Source of the DNA: a virus
Taxonomy: Duplodnaviria; Caudoviricetes
Virus record (IMG/VR): IMGVR_UViG_3300039208_000393
Location: 1 to 36,225 of that record
Length of the DNA: 36,225 bases
Direction: 5' to 3' (one strand)
Numbering within the stretch: position 1 is the stretch's first letter; each line of letters opens with the position of its first letter. The notes under the pieces are model-generated. The model was not told where the DNA came from. It worked only from the letters and a program-made list of their open reading frames with translations, and did not search any database. Positions 28,230 to 35,676 of the stretch are shown here, in pieces. Position numbers and translations under genes: made by a program.

Positions 28230-29099
28230 TTACCCCTTGAATTGTTTGGTTACTATGTCCCGGATTTCATCCCGGGTATGATTTCCGTTCGGCTTATCCA
28301 TATTGATTAACTCAGCGAGGCCTCCGGCGATCGGGGTATCTTCTTTGAATTGCTGGACCCAGTCGAAAAATCCGCTCGGCACATCGTAAGGCGTTTCGAT
28401 CGACTTGATCAGATACCCGGCCCCCCTGAGCTTTGACTCCGTCTCGAGGCGATAGATCAAATAGTCGATATGATCGTGAATCGTCCTCAGTTCGTGATTT
28501 TCGGTCAATTGGGTCGCTTTCTTTTCAGCGACCCCGAAAAAGGTCAATCGCTTGACCGTAACGTCTTTAAAGTAGAACGTCGTCGAGGTGATACAGAGAA
28601 AGCCGTCCTCGGTCAGGAAACCGAGATCAACATGTTCCGGCCTTACTCTTTTTCTACTGTACTTTGCTTTACTTTGCTTTACGGCATAACTACATGTAAT
28701 TTCGGGGGTTTCTACATGTAGGACCCCCGGGGAATCAGGGCGCCCGGGTAATGGCCGGCGACGGTTCCGGTATAGGGGAGCCAGCCCATCGACAAACGAT
28801 TGATACCAAACGACGCGACGATCTTTCCATAGTTCGGGATCGACTTTGTTCAATGCGACGAGGAGATCGACAAGAGCGATCAGGACCTCCTCGGTCACTC
28901 GACAATAAGCCGAGGCGTATATCAGGTCCTCCCCGTCCTTGAGGCTTAGATAATGCCCGTCGGACTTGCAAAGCATCTCGAGGAGGCGATAAAACGCCGT
29001 GTATCCGTCGTTCCCCCATTTCTCGAGTATTATGAATAACGTCTTACCGTGTTCGGCCTGATGAGGGAAATATTCGGCCGTGTCCTTTTTTGATCTCAT
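28230..29099 (-). CDS. Replication initiator-like protein (DUF4373/Lin1244-type N-terminus)
   Basis: YFPH...KWGNDGY..FYRLLEML N-terminus, KQSKAKYS linker, C-terminal GYLIKSI; internal DNA repeats. Confidence 0.7.
   Translation of the reverse strand: MRSKKDTAEYFPHQAEHGKTLFIILEKWGNDGYTAFYRLLEMLCKSDGHYLSLKDGEDLIYASAYCRVTEEVLIALVDLLVALNKVDPELWKDRRVVWYQSFVDGLAPLYRNRRRPLPGRPDSPGVLHVETPEITCSYAVKQSKAKYSRKRVRPEHVDLGFLTEDGFLCITSTTFYFKDVTVKRLTFFGVAEKKATQLTENHELRTIHDHIDYLIYRLETESKLRGAGYLIKSIETPYDVPSGFFDWVQQFKEDTPIAGGLAELINMDKPNGNHTRDEIRDIVTKQFKG
28651..28720. promoter_or_regulatory. Putative replication origin inside the initiator gene
   Basis: TACATGTA palindromes at 28691 and 28713 next to a T-rich tandem repeat (actttgcttt x2), analogous to the lambda O gene origin. 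Confidence 0.5.
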
Positions 29100-29635
29100 G
29101 CGGCCCCCGCCTGTTTAATCTGTTTCCATTCCTTGAACGAGGCAATCTCCCGGTATAAGTGGATCCTGATCTCGGTTCTCGGCTTATGTGAATAATATAG
29201 TTTTGTTCGGTTGTCAACGATCCGGGAGTCGTCGGTCCATATATGGCCGGACAGGGCGTCCCAAATCGCTTTTTCAATGTTGTCCGAGTCCGGTTTCTTA
29301 ATCGGCCGGAGGTATCCCTCGGCCTTAGCCTCTTTTTTCCACTGGGGATCCGACGAGGGGATACTCATATAGGCCGTAATCTCGATCATGATCGGCCCAT
29401 CGTGGAGCGTTTTCCGTTGCGGGGTGCAAAGGCGTATTAATTTCGTGTTGGACTTGTTCCGATCGGACGGATGAGACCGGATAAACTTTCGGATGAAAGC
29501 TACGAACGTCGAGGGGTTTCGATCCGGTCTTTGAGCGTAAAACGATGCGAGGAACGCTTTCCCGTTGAAAAAATGCCTGTGGCGTTCCTTGGTCGGCGGT
29601 TCTCCCTGAACCGTAAAGGAAATGACTGTCGCCAT
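29096..29635 (-). CDS. rusA: RusA-family Holliday junction resolvase
   Basis: FTVQGEP..KERHR and KKPDSDNIEKAIWDALSG..WTDDSRIV motifs. Confidence 0.92.
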   Translation of the reverse strand: MATVISFTVQGEPPTKERHRHFFNGKAFLASFYAQRPDRNPSTFVAFIRKFIRSHPSDRNKSNTKLIRLCTPQRKTLHDGPIMIEITAYMSIPSSDPQWKKEAKAEGYLRPIKKPDSDNIEKAIWDALSGHIWTDDSRIVDNRTKLYYSHKPRTEIRIHLYREIASFKEWKQIKQAGAA

Positions 29636-30035
29636 GACTTACTCCTGTTTGATGAATGATTTCCGTATACCAAAAGTCGCCGCGAAACCGATGAGGAGGC
29701 TCTCCTCGATCATGGCGGCATTGAGGGCAAATTCTCGGATTCGCTTTTCTGCCCTTAAGCGAATATTCGTAATCTACTCCCATATTGTGAAAAAGCAAGC
29801 TAACCGACCAATTAATATCGCGTGAGTTGACGATTCTCATTAAACCGCAATTGCCGGAGACTAGTCCGGCCGCTTTCCTTGCGAGATATTTATCGTCGTA
29901 ATAGCTCGTCCTGTGCTGATACATCCGTTGTTGAATATCCCCGGAGGATCCGATATAATGCTGAACCCTCCGCTCCATTTTTCCACTTTCGGATATATAG
30001 GGGAGCCAAAAATGAATGAGGTAGACTCCCCGCAT
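29325..30035 (-). CDS. GIY-YIG-like nuclease (start revised to MRGVYLIHF)
   Basis: GVYLIHF...HYIGSS.DIQQRM.QHR and E..LK.RK...RICPQC motifs; GGAGG SD; 3' part overlaps rusA by 311 nt. Confidence 0.7.
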   Translation of the reverse strand: MRGVYLIHFWLPYISESGKMERRVQHYIGSSGDIQQRMYQHRTSYYDDKYLARKAAGLVSGNCGLMRIVNSRDINWSVSLLFHNMGVDYEYSLKGRKANPRICPQCRHDRGEPPHRFRGDFWYTEIIHQTGVSHGDSHFLYGSGRTADQGTPQAFFQRESVPRIVLRSKTGSKPLDVRSFHPKVYPVSSVRSEQVQHEINTPLHPATENAPRWADHDRDYGLYEYPLVGSPVEKRG

Positions 30036-30036
30036 A

Positions 30037-30432
30037 TTACCCCCTCCCGAACTTCGCACTCGCGGCCGCCGGCGAGAACTTGAATCGATTCTCCGGGTCA
30101 CTGCCCTTTTGCATGATGATCGGATAAGTCCGTTTCCTCGTATCCCATCCGATCAACGTAAAACCGGATGTTGAGGTCTGACCGAGCCAGTCGGGACTCA
30201 TCTCATAATATTCGCAGTTGTTGAGGTACGCGTCCTTTAATTTCCGGTCCGGATCCACATTTCTATCGATAAAGGTCAGGCGCCCGGGGGTGAATTCTCC
30301 CGTTTTTTCGTCATAAGTGCCGGCGGAGGCCTGACGAATGTTCAGATTATGCTTTGCGGCGATTAGATCCATCATCTCGCGAAAGTCTCGAGCCAGCAAT
30401 TCGGCGAATTGTTGAGTCATCCTCGATTCCAT
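30037..30432 (-). CDS. Conserved phage hypothetical protein (131 aa)
   Basis: AGGGAGA SD; LG.T....TLIGW..R.R.YPII...FKF pattern. Confidence 0.7.
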   Translation of the reverse strand: MESRMTQQFAELLARDFREMMDLIAAKHNLNIRQASAGTYDEKTGEFTPGRLTFIDRNVDPDRKLKDAYLNNCEYYEMSPDWLGQTSTSGFTLIGWDTRKRTYPIIMQKGSDPENRFKFSPAAASAKFGRG

Positions 30433-30713
30433 GATTTTCTCCCTGATTGAATGTTCCTTAGTTTTGCGACAAGGCCCTCGGCAAAGGCCCTGTGAGACGG
30501 AGCGACGAACGCGATCGGCGTCGCATTCTCCCGGCCCCGGCTGTCTCTCGTTATCTGTTTCACAATTAGCGTATCTGTGAGCTCAAAACGGATCGTTCCG
30601 CCTTTACCCTCTTCGTTGTCGACTTCATCGACAAACAAGGGGGGATCGTAAGTCCCCTCTTGAATGACGTATTCGGTAATAGGAAAGGAAGATTCGCGGC
30701 GACGCGATCCCAT
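30417..30713 (-). CDS. Hypothetical protein (98 aa)
   Basis: GGAGG SD and TAATG coupling. Confidence 0.65.
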   Translation of the reverse strand: MGSRRRESSFPITEYVIQEGTYDPPLFVDEVDNEEGKGGTIRFELTDTLIVKQITRDSRGRENATPIAFVAPSHRAFAEGLVAKLRNIQSGRKSWNRG

Positions 30714-31318
30714 TAGAAACCCTCCGGCTGATCAGGTTCGTGAGGGGGTAACTCCTCGTCGTCGAGGCCGTCTCCGGGACCGAGGGTGTCAGGGCCGGAT
30801 TCAGGGCTGTCGTCGTCGCTTTCCTTGTCCGGCGTATCCTCCCCCGTGTCAGGGCTGTCGCCGCTCTCAGGCGATTTTTCGCCCTCTTCCGGTCCGTTCA
30901 GGAGCTCGTCGATCGTTTCATTCCATTCGAAATCAAATTGATATTGCTGAGCGGCCGCGATCTCGTTCGACTTCATAGGCCGGCGGTCGACCTCCTGTCC
31001 GCTTTCCTTGCTGATGAAAATAACGTGATTTGATACGAGGTCATAAACGCGGGTGCATTCGAGCTCGCGTTCCTCGACTCCAAACTGAACGACACGCGAG
31101 TGATAAAACAGTTTGTTTCTCTGTTCTTCGATCTGTGCTTTAAATTTTGCCATAGCCTCGCGTTTCCGATCCTCGAGGTTTTGGATCTCCTGTAAAAATT
31201 CAGTGAGCAATTTCCCGCGACTGAGGAGCTCCTCCTCGGTCAGTTTGACGTCGCAAGTATGATTAATGACCGTTGCGTCCTTCATCGGTTCCGGCGTTTT
31301 TTGATCTTTTTTTGTCAT
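30713..31318 (-). CDS. Conserved phage hypothetical protein with acidic disordered tail
   Basis: LTEEEL..RG coiled coil, G.EER..EC, ESGQEVDRRPM...Q pattern; AGGAG SD. Confidence 0.75.
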   Translation of the reverse strand: MTKKDQKTPEPMKDATVINHTCDVKLTEEELLSRGKLLTEFLQEIQNLEDRKREAMAKFKAQIEEQRNKLFYHSRVVQFGVEERELECTRVYDLVSNHVIFISKESGQEVDRRPMKSNEIAAAQQYQFDFEWNETIDELLNGPEEGEKSPESGDSPDTGEDTPDKESDDDSPESGPDTLGPGDGLDDEELPPHEPDQPEGF

Positions 31319-31475
31319 TTTGAGAATCTCCTGTTTTTCAGCTACTATATATTGTTTGATCCATTAAGGCGGGGATCAGCCAGTCCTCGCGAACTGGCGT
31401 CACCCCTATCCCGGGGAGGGAGGTCAAGGGGGAGGAGGGTTCGGTGAACTCCCTCGCTCCCCGTCGCTCGAGCGG

Positions 31476-32516
31476 CTACTTATCAGCGGCCTTTAGAGCG
31501 GTCATCCAAAAGTGGAGCTTTTCCTCTGTGTGAGCTTCCTCAGGACCCGAGGACCACGTCTCGAAATCTTCGACTTGTTTCGCTTTCAGACTCGACTTGA
31601 CTTTCTCGAACAACTTGACCGCGTCTCCGATATCAACGATATCAGCGGAACCCTCAGCGGCGGCCGTGTCGTCGTCCTGAACCTCAAACTCCTCGACAAT
31701 AGTGACCTGACTCATGTCAATATCGCCCGGATCCGTCAGGAACGCCTCAGGCGTCGTGATCGTGTTTTCCATGGACAAAGCGGTCTTGTATTCAACGCTC
31801 ATCGGGAGGTAAGCCTCGAGGCGCCTGATCGCAGTCTTGCGGACCATTGCCTCATAATCGTCGACCCATGGGCCCCGGTCTTTCGCCTTGGATCGTTCGC
31901 GATACTTGGCGACATCTTCCATCGACATGACGATGAAGTTATAACCGCCGTTCGTGTATTTGGCGACTGAGTAAACATAAAGAGGATTTCCTCGGTTCGT
32001 CACGGCCGGCTTATGGACGAGGTCAGGATTCAGGCCGAGCTCATACCGGAACTCGTCGTTCTCGTATACCATTTCCGCGTAAATCGTGGAGAGGTCCCCG
32101 GAGCGTCTCGCGAGATTAATGATCCCCTTGTACCCCCTGATGAATTGCGCCTCTTTCTGTTTGGTCCGCTTATTGTAGAACGGGACGAGGTAAGCCTGAC
32201 CGAGCGTCGGGTTCAAGTCGAGGCCGAGCATTGAAGAGGTAAGAACGCCGCCGATAATCGAGAGCTGAGAACATTCGGCGAGGCCCGGGTTCTGACGGAG
32301 GAGAGTCGTCACGATCTGAATCATTTTCTCCGGGGTCAAGTGTTTCGGGAGGACGTTCGCGATCATGGGGAGATATTGATTCATAATATCTTTGATTCCC
32401 TCGGCCGCCAGTCCTTGAAACGTGGCGACGCCTTTCTCGTTACGCTTTGCGAGCTTCATCGCGGCCGCTGCCTTATCCTTGGTTTTTTTGGCGATGTCAT
32501 TTCCGTTTGTTGTCAT
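31476..32516 (-). CDS. recT: RecT-family single-strand annealing recombinase
   Basis: L.ECS..S..G, LGL..NP.LGQAYLVPF, QFIRGYKG.I.LARRSG and PW..DYEAM.RKT.IRR motifs. Confidence 0.95.
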   Translation of the reverse strand: MTTNGNDIAKKTKDKAAAAMKLAKRNEKGVATFQGLAAEGIKDIMNQYLPMIANVLPKHLTPEKMIQIVTTLLRQNPGLAECSQLSIIGGVLTSSMLGLDLNPTLGQAYLVPFYNKRTKQKEAQFIRGYKGIINLARRSGDLSTIYAEMVYENDEFRYELGLNPDLVHKPAVTNRGNPLYVYSVAKYTNGGYNFIVMSMEDVAKYRERSKAKDRGPWVDDYEAMVRKTAIRRLEAYLPMSVEYKTALSMENTITTPEAFLTDPGDIDMSQVTIVEEFEVQDDDTAAAEGSADIVDIGDAVKLFEKVKSSLKAKQVEDFETWSSGPEEAHTEEKLHFWMTALKAADK

Positions 32517-32586
32517 GATTTTGACTCCTAAATATTAAAAGTGAGAATTCTATCCTTAATTGATCTCTATTTATCAAATGGCCTGA

Positions 32587-33516
32587 TTACTTCTTGATAT
32601 TGAACCGACGGGATCCGGCCGAAAATTTCGAATACTCCTCATAAATCTCCGGCTTTTCTTTCTTCAATCGACTCGAATCAACTCGCCGCGAATCCTTTGA
32701 TTTCTTCCAAGTTGCAAGCGCCTTTCCATCGACGACGATTTTCTCGGCGTCTCCCATCTCATCTTGAATTGTCAATACATGTTTCGTCTTTTGTTCGACG
32801 AGTTGAGCGATCGACTTATCGAGCCTTATGATATGGCCGTAAGCCTGTTGCGAGGCCTGTGACGCCTCGACGACTTTCCCGTCGACATGGCTCGGGTGTT
32901 GCTGGAGGACATCCTCGGTCCTGATTGCCGGCGGCGGGATCCGCTTGAGGACGTGATCGTTCCAAAAGGTCGAGGTCGCCTCGAGGATCATTTTCTCAAA
33001 CTCGAGATCGCGTTCAAATTCGAAAACCTTGAAATCGCGACCGTCCGTCAGGAGTGCAATTTCCCCCCATTGACAGCCGGAGCACATCATTTGTAAGACG
33101 AGTTGAGCATAATACGACGACGGGATCCCCTGATCCCAATTTCGGGCCGCATTACCCGAGGCGGTTTTCATCTCGAGGACGCCGGCGGTCGCTCGTCCGG
33201 TCCCGACGATCTTGCGATCCAGATTGACCCGGAGATAATCATAATCGGGGTGAATGATTTGCTGATTCACTCGCTGAACCTTGTGAGCGGTCTCCATGGT
33301 GTACCGTTCAGCGACAGCGGGTTCGAGGACGAGGCCCATTATCATAGCCTCATTCATGGGTTTGATTTCCGGGCTTTCGGCGATCTTCTCATAGTAGACT
33401 GAGAGGGGGGATCCATATTTCGACAGGCCGAGAATTTTCCCGATATCGGATCCTCCGATTCCCTTCTGACGGTCCAAGTGCCATTGCAGCGGCTTTTCAT
33501 ACTTTGAATAATCCAT
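32587..33516 (-). CDS. YqaJ-type viral recombinase exonuclease (start revised to MDYSK)
   Basis: WHLDRQKGIGGSD, NLDR, LEMKT and YYAQ motifs; AGGGAGA SD and TAATG overlap at 33516; adjacent to recT. Confidence 0.92.
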   Translation of the reverse strand: MDYSKYEKPLQWHLDRQKGIGGSDIGKILGLSKYGSPLSVYYEKIAESPEIKPMNEAMIMGLVLEPAVAERYTMETAHKVQRVNQQIIHPDYDYLRVNLDRKIVGTGRATAGVLEMKTASGNAARNWDQGIPSSYYAQLVLQMMCSGCQWGEIALLTDGRDFKVFEFERDLEFEKMILEATSTFWNDHVLKRIPPPAIRTEDVLQQHPSHVDGKVVEASQASQQAYGHIIRLDKSIAQLVEQKTKHVLTIQDEMGDAEKIVVDGKALATWKKSKDSRRVDSSRLKKEKPEIYEEYSKFSAGSRRFNIKK

Positions 33517-33800
33517 TACTTTCTCCCTTTTGCTTTGTTGAGTTGTCTCGCGACTGAGGCGAGTCCGTTGATTGCCTTGGCCGCTTCTTTCATCGCGAGA
33601 TCGTTCGCAATAATGAAACGGCAAATAGTTAGTAAAACCTTGCGGATAAAAGTCGGGATTTTGTCTCCGACTATTGCGGCCGCTCTGATCACTAAATCGA
33701 GTTCGTGAGCGTTCAGATTGACGACCTGACGTTTGTCCCGTATGGACGCCGGATCCTTGTTTTTTCGCCCGGCATTCCTGCGGGATCCTCCATGTTTCAT
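33516..33800 (-). CDS. Small basic DNA-binding protein (ribbon-helix-helix-like regulator candidate)
   Basis: HGGSRRNAGRK N-terminal motif, then V.L...E...I..AA.....PTFIRKV; GGAGG SD. Confidence 0.65.
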   Translation of the reverse strand: MKHGGSRRNAGRKNKDPASIRDKRQVVNLNAHELDLVIRAAAIVGDKIPTFIRKVLLTICRFIIANDLAMKEAAKAINGLASVARQLNKAKGRK

Positions 33801-33842
33801 GGGATCCTCCCGTGGTGATGGTGGTGGATAGAATGATTAGGG

Positions 33843-33871
33843 TTGACAATATCTGAAAGGGGGTATATATT
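33843..33871 (+). promoter_or_regulatory. Near-consensus sigma70 promoter, antisense to the early operon
   Basis: TTGACA (33843-48), 17 bp, TATATT (33866-71). Confidence 0.7.
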
Positions 33872-33877
33872 AAAGTC

Positions 33878-33950
33878 GTTGCCATAAATGCTCTACCTTT
33901 TGAATGAATTGTAAGCGGCCGGACTGCCCTCCGGCCGTTTGCTTTTTGTT
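33878..33950 (+). ncRNA. Predicted antisense small RNA of about 70 nt
   Basis: Bounded by the 33843 promoter and the 33913-33950 terminator; the 5' end is estimated. Confidence 0.5.
33913..33950 (+). terminator. Intrinsic terminator (plus orientation)
   Basis: Stem CGGCCGGA/TCCGGCCG, 6-nt loop, followed by TTTGCTTTTTGTT. Confidence 0.75.
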
Positions 33951-33953
33951 AAA

Positions 33954-34175
33954 TCAGTAAACCTCTTTAATCTTCCTGCATACAAATTTCAATTCTAAAG
34001 CTATATCATTTATTTTTTCTGCAGCATCCTTAGCGGATTTGCAATCGACCAAGATGGAATAAATCAATTTCCACCGCGGATCGTCATCACTGAGGTCTCC
34101 TCCTGCAGCTCGACGGGTGAATTCTTTGGTCTGTGAGATTAGATCGTGACGAGGAAAAATGAGGTTCTTATCCAT
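33954..34175 (-). CDS. Hypothetical protein (73 aa), first gene of the leftward operon
   Basis: AAGGAG SD. Confidence 0.7.
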   Translation of the reverse strand: MDKNLIFPRHDLISQTKEFTRRAAGGDLSDDDPRWKLIYSILVDCKSAKDAAEKINDIALELKFVCRKIKEVY

Positions 34176-34241
34176 GATACTCTCCTTTGAATGAATGTGT
34201 TTTTACTTCTGCCCTATCTGAATATACGGAACAAATCCCCC

Positions 34242-34256
34242 AAAATGTGACATTTT
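34242..34256. promoter_or_regulatory. Operator-like palindrome in the divergent control region
   Basis: AAAATGT-G-ACATTTT, near a minus-strand TATATT at 34221-34226. Confidence 0.4.
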
Positions 34257-34405
34257 TTCAAGTTTTTCTATTTTTACCCCCTCAAACCCTTGTTTTCGTA
34301 CTAAATTAGCCGACCCTCCCGAAAGATGGGGCCCAAAATGACTAATTACTGACGATTCCGACTCACCGGCCGGACGCCAGGACAACAAAAATCAGGGAGA
34401 TTGAA

Positions 34406-35326
34406 ATGAAAAAGGGAATGAGGCCGAGAGAGTTTATCCCGCTGGCTCTACTCCTCGGCGTGTTCATCTACACAGCGTTTTTTACCGGGCAATTCACTTA
34501 CGGGCAGTTCAGCCAGGTCGACGAGGCTTATCGGCTTCTTTGGTCTTTTGGTCTGGCGGGACTCCTGACGGCGACCTATGCGTTTATGGGATGGGTCCGC
34601 GATGAATACCCGGAGTTCAAGGTCGCGACTAAAGTCGTCATGCTCGGGATTACTTTTCTCGGCGTGATGGGGGCGACGTCTTATCTACAGCAAACGGTCC
34701 AAGAGAACGTGAACGACTCCGGGGAGGCGACTGAGGTCGACCGAGCGATCGCCCGGGAGGACTCCCTCTCCGATGCTTGGAAAGACGCGGCAGCGGTAAA
34801 CGAGGAGGGCCGATACTGGGCTCTCGTTCGGAGTGCCGCTCACTCGAAAAAGGCCGACTCCCTCCGTCTCGAGCGGAAGGACTTGAACATAACGGGGGCA
34901 GGGGCCGAGAACGCTCTGTATATGCAAATGGCGAAGTGGTTCGACTATGATCTGATGACGATCAGCCTCGTCAGGAATGCGCTTTTCTCCGTCCTGCTTG
35001 ACTATGTTTTCGCTCTGCTTATGCGGATTTGGCTCAGAATGAGGAGAGATCGACTCGGGGGATCCCGGAGGGTCCGCAAGAAAAAACCGAAGATACTCAG
35101 TCGCTTCGGCGGCCGTCGTAAATCCTCCCCTCCCCCGAAAGGGAGTATTGTCCCGGGAAATCCGATCCAGTCCGAGAACGTCAAGATAAGGATCCAAAAG
35201 CTCCGGGAGTTTCTCGCTAATTTTGACGGTGAACCGTCCATGAAAGAAATGATGAGTCACCTAAAAGTGAGCGAAAATACGGTCAGAAAATACCTCAAAA
35301 TTATCTCAGATGGGGGGTCGGGCTGA
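34406..35326 (+). CDS. Multi-pass membrane protein with C-terminal HTH
   Basis: Three N-terminal hydrophobic helices, a soluble helical loop, a fourth TM, a basic linker, then PSMKEMMSHLKVSENTVRKYLKII; AGGGAGA SD. Confidence 0.8.
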   Translation: MKKGMRPREFIPLALLLGVFIYTAFFTGQFTYGQFSQVDEAYRLLWSFGLAGLLTATYAFMGWVRDEYPEFKVATKVVMLGITFLGVMGATSYLQQTVQENVNDSGEATEVDRAIAREDSLSDAWKDAAAVNEEGRYWALVRSAAHSKKADSLRLERKDLNITGAGAENALYMQMAKWFDYDLMTISLVRNALFSVLLDYVFALLMRIWLRMRRDRLGGSRRVRKKKPKILSRFGGRRKSSPPPKGSIVPGNPIQSENVKIRIQKLREFLANFDGEPSMKEMMSHLKVSENTVRKYLKIISDGGSG

Positions 35327-35433
35327 GCTCAATCCGGCCCTCAGTCTGAGGGTCAATCTGAGGCCGGATCTGAGGCCTCAAGCTCCTCAAACCCCACGGG
35401 TTTGAGCTCAAACCCGGGGAAATTGAGTTCTCA
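35324..35433. repeat. TGAG/CTCA repeat and palindrome array
   Basis: 12 TGAG/CTCA copies in 110 bp; TCTGAGG x3 at 12-bp period; perfect 20-bp palindrome at 35397-35416. Confidence 0.85.
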
Positions 35434-35674
35434 GCCTTGGGTCATTTTTGCGCTATCAATGGGGGTCAGTTTGTTGGTTTTTTTGACCTCAATTTTCTCC
35501 AACAGGGAAGAGATAGCGAGTCCCGCATTTTGGGAGGAGGATCCGGTTTCCGGTTTGCTCTTACAGGCGATGTTTTCAATCGCGATCGGGATCGTTGTCG
35601 GAGCGATCGAGGTCATCACTGAAAACTGGGAAAATGCCGGCGAACGTCCGGAGAACGCAAATCAGGAGGATTAG
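35402..35674 (+). CDS. Small two-TM membrane protein (start uncertain)
   Basis: Two hydrophobic segments; no clear SD at the TTG; in frame with the upstream gene. Confidence 0.55.
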   Translation: MSSNPGKLSSQPWVIFALSMGVSLLVFLTSIFSNREEIASPAFWEEDPVSGLLLQAMFSIAIGIVVGAIEVITENWENAGERPENANQED

Positions 35675-35676
35675 AA

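Noticed and set aside
27640-30950. Beta-clamp-like motifs (QGAFDF, QYQFDF) in two early proteins
   Set aside because: Short degenerate matches that cannot be supported without alignments.
32517-32586. Internal promoter upstream of recT (TTGATA...TAGAAT)
   Set aside because: The spacer is 19 bp in an AT-rich gap, too weak to call.
1100-33500. Numerous plus-strand ORFs (for example 6855..7391, 12797..13342, 14711..15379)
   Set aside because: They are antisense shadows of well-supported minus-strand genes, with no SD or recognisable motifs.
34203-34388. 61-aa minus-strand ORF in the divergent region
   Set aside because: No SD, and it overlaps probable promoter and operator DNA.
35324-35380. 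Selenocysteine TGA with SECIS element
   Set aside because: The context is a GGSG tail after an HTH with no redox motif, and the hairpins are explained by the repeat array.
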